64,000 nucleotides of DNA from Acidobacteriota bacterium (GTDB lineage Bacteria > Acidobacteriota > UBA6911 > RPQK01 > JAJDTT01). Positions 56,742 through 64,000 of the stretch are shown piece after piece. Below the pieces are notes generated by a model that worked only from the letters and a program-made list of their open reading frames with translations, was not told the DNA's origin and made no database searches. Position 1 is the first letter of the stretch, and the number at the start of each line of letters is the position of its first letter. Location of the stretch: the NCBI GenBank assembly GCA_965263035.1, contig OZ253580.1, positions 2,336,001-2,400,000 on the forward strand, in the 5' to 3' direction. A program made the position numbers and the translations under genes.

Positions 56742-59240
56742 ATGCGGTCCATAGATGCCCTGAATTCCATTTATCCCCCGGAGCGGGTCCTTTCGGGACC
56801 GGCCCAGCTGGCTCCCTATGAATCGGACGCGCTGACGGCGTTTCGGGAGCGGCCACTGGCGGTGGTCCTGGCCGAGTCCCAGGACGAGGTGATCGAGACG
56901 GTTCGCCTCTGCCACCGGGAGAACCTGCCCTTCGTGGCGCGAGGGAGCGGCACCAGCCTCTCCGGAGGATCGCTCCCGATCCGGGAGGGCATCATCATCG
57001 GGCTCAACCGCCTCAACCGGGTCCTGGAGTTGGACCCGGCCGAGCGGTGCGCCGTGGTGGAGCCGGGGGTCATCAACCTGGACCTGACCGCGTTGGGCGC
57101 TCCCCACGGGCTCTACTACGCTCCCGATCCGTCGAGCCAGTCCATCTGCACCATCGGCGGGAACGTGGCCTTCAACTCCGGAGGCGCCCACTGCCTGCGC
57201 CACGGCATGACCAGCAACCATGTCCTGGGTCTGAAGGCGGTGCTGCCCGACGGCGCGGTGGTGGAGCTGGGGAGCAAGAGCCTGGAGGGGGTGGGACCGG
57301 ACCTCACCGGGTTCTTCGTGGGTTCGGAGGGGCTCTTCGGCATCGCTCTGGAGATCACGGTTCGTCTCATCCCGAAGCCGGAGTCGTACAAGACGATTCT
57401 GGCAGCCTACCGGAGCCTGGAGGCCGCCGGGGACGCCGTCACCCAGGTCGTGGCCACGGGACTCCTCCCGGGCGCCATGGAGATCATGGACCATCTGGCC
57501 ATCAAGGCGGCCGAAGCCGCAGTCCACGCGGGCTACCCGCAAACGGCCACAGCCCTTCTCATCGTGGAACTGGAAGGGGAAGCCGCCGAGGTGGAGGCCG
57601 AGTTCCAACTCTTGGAGCCGGTGATCCGGGCTTCGGGCGCCTTCGAGATCCGCGTCGCCCGCGACGAGGGAGAGCGACTCCGGATCTGGAAGGGACGCAA
57701 GAGCGCGTTCTCGGCGGTGGGAAGGCTCAGTCCCGACTTCATCGTCCAGGACGGGGTGGTTCCCCGCAAGCAACTGGGTTCGGCGCTGGCCGAGATCCAG
57801 GCGCTGGCGCGGAAGCATGGGATCCGGGTGGCCAATGTCTTTCACGCCGGAGACGGAAATCTCCATCCCCTGATCCTGTTCGACGGCACCGAGGCGGGCG
57901 CCCTGGAGAAGGCGGAGGAATTGGCCGGAGATATCCTGCAGATGTGCATCCGCAGGGGGGGCTCCATCACCGGAGAGCACGGCGTGGGCATGGAGAAGCG
58001 CGAGTACCTGGCCCGCATGTTCGCGCCCACCGACATGGAGGTCATGAAGCGGCTGCGGCGATCCATCGACCCGCTGGAGATCGCCAATCGGCGCAAGATG
58101 TTCCCTGACGAGAACGGGCACGGGCGTGTCCCGCCCCCGGAGATCATCCGTTCGGGCAACGGCGCGCGGACGACCCTGAGACCCGGGTCGTTCCAGGAAG
58201 TGCAGCAGGCGGTCGCGAATCACGCTCACATCCGCCCGCGCGGCGGCGGTACCAAGCCGGCTCTTTCCCAGCCGCCCGAGGGGGTGGCCTCTCTGGACCT
58301 GAGAGGCTTGTCCGGCATCGTGGAGTACGAGCCGGAAGAGTACACCTTCACGGCTCTGGCGGGCACGCCAGTGGCCGATGTCCAGGAGAGATTGGCGCGC
58401 GAGGGGCAGTACCTGCCCTTCGATCCGGTGTTGGTCCAGGCAGGAGCCACCCTCGGAGGGACGGTGGCGGCCGGGACCGGCGGTTCGGGACGGTATCGCT
58501 ACGGCGGCATCCGCGACTTTCTCCTGGGAATCCGCTTCGTCAGCGGCCGAGCCGAGCTGGTGCGAGGCGGCAGCCGCGTGGTCAAGAACGCGGCCGGCTT
58601 CGATATTCCCAAGCTCATGGTCGGCAGCCTGGGAAGGTTGGGAGTCCTGGTGGAAATGACTTTCAAGGTCTTCCCCCTTGCCCAACGCTGGCTGACCCTG
58701 GAAGCGCCGCTGCCGGACCTCTACCAAGCTCTGGAGACCATCCACCGTCTGCGAGCCGCTCCCCTGGACCTTGCGGCCGTGGACCTGGAGCCTCCGGGGC
58801 GACTTCTGGTTCGGGTCGGAGGTCGAATCGAGTCGGTCGGTGCTCGCCTGGACCGGGTTCGGGAGTTGGTGGGGCAGGGCGTGGTACTGCAGGGGCAGGA
58901 GGAGCAGGACCACTGGGATGCGGTCCGGGAATTTGAATGGGTCCCGGCCGATTGGAGCCTGATGAAAGTCCCCATGACCACGAGCCACATCGCCGATTTG
59001 GAAGAGATTCTGAGCTCCATCCCGTCCCGCACGCGCTACTGTGCCGGCGGGAGTTTGGCTTGGCTGGCCTGGTCCGGGCCATTGGATCCGGTGGACTTGG
59101 CATTGGCCCGTTTAAACCTCACCGGTCTCGTGGTCCGGGGAAACGGAAACGTGGCACACCCGGGCCGAACACAGGACCAGATCTTCTCCAAGAGAATCCA
59201 GAACGCCCTGGATCCGGAAGGGCGTTTCTCGGAGGAATAG
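56742..59240 (+). CDS. glcD: Fused glycolate oxidase GlcD-GlcE (FAD-linked oxidase)
   Basis: GlcD motifs [26 protein letters not shown] and GEHGVG, then in the same frame GlcE motifs RGGGTK, EYEPEE and [13 protein letters not shown]. Confidence 0.88.
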   Translation: MRSIDALNSIYPPERVLSGPAQLAPYESDALTAFRERPLAVVLAESQDEVIETVRLCHRENLPFVARGSGTSLSGGSLPIREGIIIGLNRLNRVLELDPAERCAVVEPGVINLDLTALGAPHGLYYAPDPSSQSICTIGGNVAFNSGGAHCLRHGMTSNHVLGLKAVLPDGAVVELGSKSLEGVGPDLTGFFVGSEGLFGIALEITVRLIPKPESYKTILAAYRSLEAAGDAVTQVVATGLLPGAMEIMDHLAIKAAEAAVHAGYPQTATALLIVELEGEAAEVEAEFQLLEPVIRASGAFEIRVARDEGERLRIWKGRKSAFSAVGRLSPDFIVQDGVVPRKQLGSALAEIQALARKHGIRVANVFHAGDGNLHPLILFDGTEAGALEKAEELAGDILQMCIRRGGSITGEHGVGMEKREYLARMFAPTDMEVMKRLRRSIDPLEIANRRKMFPDENGHGRVPPPEIIRSGNGARTTLRPGSFQEVQQAVANHAHIRPRGGGTKPALSQPPEGVASLDLRGLSGIVEYEPEEYTFTALAGTPVADVQERLAREGQYLPFDPVLVQAGATLGGTVAAGTGGSGRYRYGGIRDFLLGIRFVSGRAELVRGGSRVVKNAAGFDIPKLMVGSLGRLGVLVEMTFKVFPLAQRWLTLEAPLPDLYQALETIHRLRAAPLDLAAVDLEPPGRLLVRVGGRIESVGARLDRVRELVGQGVVLQGQEEQDHWDAVREFEWVPADWSLMKVPMTTSHIADLEEILSSIPSRTRYCAGGSLAWLAWSGPLDPVDLALARLNLTGLVVRGNGNVAHPGRTQDQIFSKRIQNALDPEGRFSEE

Positions 59241-60502
59241 TGCAACACAGCATCGACGTCGAACGATACGGGCCACAGGGCGAAGCCATGGCCCACCAGG
59301 TGAAGACGTGCGTGCACTGCGGCTTCTGCCTGCCCGTCTGTCCGACATACAAGGACCTGGGGCAGGAGATGGACTCTCCCCGCGGCCGCATCCTGCTCAT
59401 GAAGGAGATGCTGGAGGGGAGCCTCGAAATCGAGGAAGGCCTCCCCTACGTCGACAAGTGCCTGGGCTGCATGGCCTGCGTCACGGCCTGCCCCTCGGGG
59501 GTCGAATACGGGGAATTGCTCACTCCCTTCCGGTCGTTGGCCCGCGACCGGGTCAAGGGGACGCTACTGGATCGTCTTACTCGTCTCAGTTTTCGACTGC
59601 TGCTGCCCTTCCCTCGACGGTTCCGAGCTGCCGCATATCTGGGCCGTCTGGCTCGCCCGTTCGCCGGGATGCTTCCGGACCGGATGGCCTCCATGTTGGA
59701 GTTGCTGCCCCGGACCCTGCCAGCTTCCCCTCCGCTTCCGTCCGTCTACCCGGCCCAAGGGAGGCGCCGGGCTCGCGTCGCCTTGTTGTCGGGTTGCGTG
59801 CAACAGGTGCTGTCGCCGGCGATCAACTGGGCCACGCTAAGGGTTCTGGCTCGAAACGGTGTGGAGGTGACGGTACCCGCCCAACAGGGATGCTGCGGAG
59901 CCTTGGCACTGCACAACGGCGACGACGACCAGGCCAGACGCCTGGCGGCCCGCAATTTCGACGCCTTACCTGATGATGTGGACGCCATCATCACCAACGC
60001 CGCCGGTTGCGGTTCCGGGATCAAGGAGTACCCGCTTCTGTTCCGGGGCAATAGCCTGGAAGAAGAGGCCCGGCGCTTTGCGGCTCGCGTCCAGGACGTC
60101 AGCGTATTCCTCTACGAGCTCGGCTTGGAATGCGATCCTCCGCCCCTGCCGTCCGCGATGAAGGTCGCCTACCACGACGCCTGCCACCTGGCGCACGCCC
60201 AGGGCATCCGGACGGCTCCCCGGAAACTGCTGGAAAGGATTCCGAACCTGAACCTGATGGAGCTTATGGACGGAGAGACCTGCTGCGGCTCGGCTGGCAC
60301 CTATAATCTGCAACAGCCGGAGATCGCAAACCGTCTGGGGGCGAACAAGGCGGCAGTCGTCGAGCGGTTGAAGCCGGACGCCGTGGCCGCCGGCAACGTC
60401 GGTTGTCTGATGCAGATCGAGAGCCACCTGAGACGGCGGAACAGTAAGCTACCTGTGCTGCATACGGTCGAACTGCTGGATCGAGCTTACGAGTCGGTCT
60501 GA
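59240..60502 (+). CDS. glcF: Glycolate oxidase iron-sulfur subunit
   Basis: GTG start after GGAGG; CVHCGFCLPVCP, CLGCMACVTACP and two CCG motifs. Confidence 0.93.
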   Translation: MQHSIDVERYGPQGEAMAHQVKTCVHCGFCLPVCPTYKDLGQEMDSPRGRILLMKEMLEGSLEIEEGLPYVDKCLGCMACVTACPSGVEYGELLTPFRSLARDRVKGTLLDRLTRLSFRLLLPFPRRFRAAAYLGRLARPFAGMLPDRMASMLELLPRTLPASPPLPSVYPAQGRRRARVALLSGCVQQVLSPAINWATLRVLARNGVEVTVPAQQGCCGALALHNGDDDQARRLAARNFDALPDDVDAIITNAAGCGSGIKEYPLLFRGNSLEEEARRFAARVQDVSVFLYELGLECDPPPLPSAMKVAYHDACHLAHAQGIRTAPRKLLERIPNLNLMELMDGETCCGSAGTYNLQQPEIANRLGANKAAVVERLKPDAVAAGNVGCLMQIESHLRRRNSKLPVLHTVELLDRAYESV

Positions 60503-60568
60503 CTCAACGGCCGCATCGGACCCTGATACGGCCAGAGTGGCTGATTGTCGGAGGGAAAGGAATAAATG

Positions 60569-60823
60569 TCACGCTACGGTGCCGCGTCCGGTCCCGACGA
60601 AGAACTCCCGCAGCACGTCGAGAGTCCCCTCGATCCGGCCCATGCGGTCCCGAAGGTCGCTGTTCTGCGACTCCAAGCCGTCGATTCTCGCGGCCAAGCG
60701 AGACTCCATCCGATCCATCCGGGACTCGACCTCCGCGCGCGGGTTTCGAATCGTGCGGGCCGTGAAAAGGAACCCCAAGATGACGATGGCAGGGGTGAAC
60801 CACTGGGTAAGTTCACTCAGCAT
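60569..60823 (-). CDS. Small single-TM coiled-coil protein
   Basis: GAGG RBS; N-terminal TM (PAIVILGFLF), heptad stretch ending RMGRIEG. Confidence 0.6.
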   Translation of the reverse strand: MLSELTQWFTPAIVILGFLFTARTIRNPRAEVESRMDRMESRLAARIDGLESQNSDLRDRMGRIEGTLDVLREFFVGTGRGTVA

Positions 60824-60866
60824 AGGTTCCTCGTTCTGCAAAGCATATGGGGCTTATAGACATTAC

Positions 60867-60921
60867 TTGACGACTACCGTTCCGGTGCCACGCTCGGCCT
60901 ATCGGCCCACGTTTCGGCACC
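60867..60921 (-). ncRNA. Putative IS200/IS605 right end / 3' part of TnpB omegaRNA
   Basis: Hairpin GGTGCC..GGCC-GATA-GGCC..GGCACC overlapping the tnpB 3' end, then TCAA ending at 60867. Confidence 0.5.
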
Positions 60922-61600
60922 CAGGGCAACAACCCCGGCCCTGAGAATGTTCAGGGCCGCGTTCTCGTCCCTGTCCATCCTGAGTCCGCAGGCTGCGCAA
61001 GCGTACCGTTCGCTTCGCCCGGGCGGGTTCCTGGCCCCACACCGGTGGCAGTCCTGCGACGTGTATTTCGGGTCCACTTCTACGAACTCCCGCCCGGCCC
61101 ACTCTGCCTTGTACTGGAGTTGATTGCGCAAAAGCCCCCAGGATTGGGTGAGGATCTCCCGATTCAGGCCCTTCTTCTTGAGGCCCTTGGTGGTCATCCC
61201 CCTGACGTTCAGTTTCTCGACGGCGATGAGTCCGTGAGAACGGACTATCCGAGACGTGGCCCGGTGGCACACATTCCGGTTCCTGACCCGCTCGCGGTAG
61301 CGTAGCCGGGCCAGTTGCCGGACCCGCTTCTTTCGGCGGTTCGATCCCCGCTTGCACCGGGCCACCCTTCACTGCTGACGCTTGATCTCCGGCCAGTCGC
61401 GGCGGTTCCGTTCGATTCGTTCCCCGGTGGACAAGACGGCCCGTTTGCGGACTCCAAGGTCGATCCCCACCGCAGAGTCACAACGGGGCAACGGTTCCTT
61501 CTCGACCTCGTAGACCAGATCCACGCAGACCCGGTTGGGCTTGCGGACGATCCGCAGGGCCTTCAACGGGCAGCCGGCCGGCAATGGACGGGACGGAAAC
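60874..61600 (-). pseudogene. tnpB: TnpB (RNA-guided endonuclease), 5'-truncated with in-frame stop
   Basis: RuvC motifs GIDLG, AVEKL and DRDENAA; zinc finger CHRC..CAAC; TGA at 61369-61371; N-terminal region absent. Confidence 0.9.
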
Positions 61601-61695
61601 GCCAGAACAACGAATGGGGGACAGTCACTTTCTTCCGTCGTCTCGCTCCAAACGAGTCCGTATTAAGGAAAAGACAAGGGAGTCGAGCTAACTGG

Positions 61696-61902
61696 TTACA
61701 CGCTCGCTTTGGGTTGGTGCACGAAGGCGAAATCCCGGATGTTGGCACGCTCCACAGCATGCTCAATTGTCATCGCGACCAAGTTTTCATTCTCGTCCAG
61801 ATCCAAGTAGATGTTCTCAGACACCTCTCGCGTCTCGACGATCCGCTCCGACGTAAACTCAATAAGAGCAGTGTCGGTATCTTCAAAGTAATTGATCTTC
61901 AT
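61696..61902 (-). CDS. DUF2283 domain protein (putative antitoxin)
   Basis: MKINYFEDTDTALIEF..ETRE...IYLDLD..LV.MTIEHA. Confidence 0.85.
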   Translation of the reverse strand: MKINYFEDTDTALIEFTSERIVETREVSENIYLDLDENENLVAMTIEHAVERANIRDFAFVHQPKASV

Positions 61903-62000
61903 TCCCTTGGATCGCGGATGGCAGCGAGAATCCTTTCATCCCGAATCTCTCGTCGATCCAGTCGCCTTCGACTGTGGTCGAAGTAGCGAGTGGTTCTCAT
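61899..62000 (-). pseudogene. Truncated toxin-like partner of DUF2283 (33 aa)
   Basis: MRTTRYFDHSRRRLDRREIRDERILAAIRDPRE*; ATGA overlap with the DUF2283 gene. Confidence 0.55.
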
Positions 62001-62307
62001 TAGGACCTACATTCCAAACCAACCAACCGCGCTGATTCCGTAATTTGCAGAGAAGCCTATAAGGCACCAAATTCGAGACACGTTTCATTTCCTCGCACGC
62101 CCGCTCCCCATACCCCCAGCTGAACTGCCCTCGCCTCCCCCGCCTCGTAAGATACCGGTCGCCGCATCCACGTACGGATTGTACCCCACCGAGAACACAC
62201 TCGTTCTCGGTGCCGCCTCCGCTCGTTGTCAATGAAAAGGGGACAGTCACTTTCTTCCTCTTGGTATCATCCAAAGGCGCTAACCCAACACGCAGAGGAG
62301 TAATGTC

Positions 62308-63531
62308 ATGACAAGCTACGTCATTCTGAAAGATGCCAATGCGGGACGGCGGCGAAGCTGGTTCGAAGGTCCGCAGAGCGTTGGCGGAGTGCCGTCTTAC
62401 GGTGGGATGCCGACGATGTCCGGGGACATGCCGCCCGAACCGGAAGTGAGCGTGGAAAATCTGGACCCACAAGACCTGCGGGAAGCGACGGGTGACCCAG
62501 GGATTCTGGATTTGGCGCGGACCATGCCGACACGCTTGATAGCACCGATGGCCTCGGACACAGTGGCGACGAAGGGGCCGACTTGGGGAATTCAGGCCGT
62601 CGGGGCTGACAAGAGCCCCGCCGATGGCCGAGACGTTCTGGCCTGCGTTCTGGACACCGGTATTGACGCCGATCATCCCGCCTTTGCGGGGGTGGATCTG
62701 GTACAGCAGGACTTCACCGGAACGGGCAATGGAGATGTGCAGGGCCACGGCACTCATTGTGCGGGCACGGTGTTCGGACGCGACCTAAAGGGTACGCGTA
62801 TCGGCGTGGCGCCGGGAGTGAGCCGAGCACTGATCGGGAAGGTGTTGGACGATCAGGGAGATGGCGAATCGGACAGGCTGTTCAACGCAATATTGTGGGC
62901 GTCGTCCTTGAATGCAAGGGTTCTCTCAATGTCACTCGGCTTCGATTTTCCCGGGCTGAGCATGAAGCTGGTCAAAAGAGGCTACCCGGTGGATCTGGCG
63001 ACCTCCATCGCGCTGGAGGGATACAGGGCCAATCTGCGGCTATTTGACAACCTGATGGATTTGATTGCCAGTCGGGCAGCATTCAATGGCGGCATGGTCA
63101 TCGTTGCGGCCTCGGGAAACGAGAGCAAGCGCCAGAAAAATCCGAAGTACGAGGTCAGCGCATCGGTACCGGCAGCAGCCAAGGGAATTGTATCGGTGGG
63201 AGCACTCGGGGAAGCCGGCGACGGGTTGAACGTCGCGGATTTTTCCAACACCAACCCTATGCTCAGCGCCCCCGGGGTCAATGTGGTGTCGGCGAAAGCC
63301 GGAGGCGGACTGGTAGCGCTTCAAGGGACTTCCATGGCCTGTCCCCATGCGGCCGGTGTCGCGACTCTGTGGTGGCAGAGCCTGAAGGAGGGCGCCAGCA
63401 TACCGGCAACCGCGAGCGCGGTGGTGACCCGCATGCGTGCAACCTGCCGGACCGATGTATTCCTTGCCGGCGTCGACATGCTGGACCGCGGCGACGGGCT
63501 GGTCCAGGCACCGTTCGCATCCGGTGCCTGA
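62308..63531 (+). CDS. S8 subtilisin-like serine peptidase without signal peptide
   Basis: VLDTG, HGTHCAG, AASGN and GTSMACPH motifs; GAGGAG RBS. Confidence 0.93.
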   Translation: MTSYVILKDANAGRRRSWFEGPQSVGGVPSYGGMPTMSGDMPPEPEVSVENLDPQDLREATGDPGILDLARTMPTRLIAPMASDTVATKGPTWGIQAVGADKSPADGRDVLACVLDTGIDADHPAFAGVDLVQQDFTGTGNGDVQGHGTHCAGTVFGRDLKGTRIGVAPGVSRALIGKVLDDQGDGESDRLFNAILWASSLNARVLSMSLGFDFPGLSMKLVKRGYPVDLATSIALEGYRANLRLFDNLMDLIASRAAFNGGMVIVAASGNESKRQKNPKYEVSASVPAAAKGIVSVGALGEAGDGLNVADFSNTNPMLSAPGVNVVSAKAGGGLVALQGTSMACPHAAGVATLWWQSLKEGASIPATASAVVTRMRATCRTDVFLAGVDMLDRGDGLVQAPFASGA

Positions 63532-63825
63532 GCGTACACCCGTGTAAGCTCTGCTCCAGAGACGGGTAATCATTTAAATGATGGGTGTAAGGCCAGCCGT
63601 TACATTGAGGCTGGTGATCGTCGAGTCACGTCGTCCCGATGCGCGTCCGGCACCGCCGAATGTTAAATCGCCACCTGTTCCAGGGAATTTCACGCACGAA
63701 GTAGGCGCAAATCTATTTGCGTCACGAAGCAGGGACGGTGGTTGCGAGGCGACCCGAAACCGGTCAAGTGGCGCATCATGCGCTCCAGATTGAAACCACA
63801 CAGGTGCACCAGTAATCGCTCCTGG

Positions 63826-63984
63826 GAGCCTGCGCGGCAGAAATTGATCTACTGCGAAAGCGGTAGAATCGGTCCATATTTCCCCGATTTCTCGGCAAAT
63901 AGAACAACTATGCACCTCAATATCGAGAAAATCTGGCCTCGATTCCCCGCTTTCTCGCTACGATCATTCCTACCGCGCAGACTC
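63826..63984 (-). mobile_element. MITE-A copy 5 (159 bp)
   Basis: Reverse-orientation full copy with CTGG/CTAG flanks. Confidence 0.9.
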
Positions 63985-64000
63985 CTAGGCGTTGGGATCG

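Larger units (their letters stand above)
61617..62258. repeat. 20-bp perfect direct repeats GGGGACAGTCACTTTCTTCC
   Basis: Copies at 61617-61636 and 62239-62258. Confidence 0.8.

Noticed and set aside
99-58988. Long alternative ORFs such as 99-2318, 18984-21848, 30948-33293, 47518-49299 and 56679-58988
   Set aside because: They are antisense or off-frame shadows of well-supported genes in high-GC DNA and carry no family motifs.
61369-61371. TGA in tnpB as selenocysteine or readthrough
   Set aside because: The position lies in a basic helix where Arg fits, and the gene is also 5'-truncated.
62300-62307. GTAATGTC just upstream of the S8 peptidase start matches the first 8 nt of the putative TnpB guide
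   Set aside because: Only 8 nt, which can occur by chance in a window this size, and no TAM can be established.
4243-63915. Short ORFs crossing MITE-A (4243-4476, 9240-9614, 9432-9863, 33713-34120, 63574-63915) and the 21575 extension of modA
   Set aside because: Their shared peptide sequences simply reflect translation of the repeat.
1-64000. CRISPR array, rRNA or tRNA genes
   Set aside because: No regularly spaced repeat-spacer series and no recognisable rRNA or tRNA motifs seen. The REP clusters are inverted and irregular, and there are no cas genes.

Overview
High-GC bacterial chromosomal window, probably Acidobacteriota or a similar PVC-like lineage (inferred from tandem TPR proteins, CRTAC1/ASPIC-UnbV, a PVC-type CxxCH heme protein, PQQ-like propellers and Tat-exported Gfo/Idh/MocA proteins). 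It carries about 50 genes for exported sugar/acid catabolism, transport (SSS, MATE, Ca/Na antiporter, modABC with an XRE-PBP regulator), a fused glcD-glcE plus glcF, a deoxyhypusine synthase-like gene, two intact toxin-antitoxin pairs (MazF, RES) and TA remnants, a dead TnpB with its apparent right end, and an S8 peptidase. I found no rRNA, tRNA or CRISPR array. The most striking signals are intergenic: five copies of a 159-bp palindromic MITE at CTAG-like sites, a second IS5-like MITE, two REP families, and two copies of an unnamed ~215-bp element with heptamer-repeat inverted arms around a conserved 60-bp core. Unusual proteins include a stand-alone degenerate aspartokinase N-lobe and a DapA-family enzyme with a signal peptide. 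All calls come from reading motifs by eye; no database searches were run.
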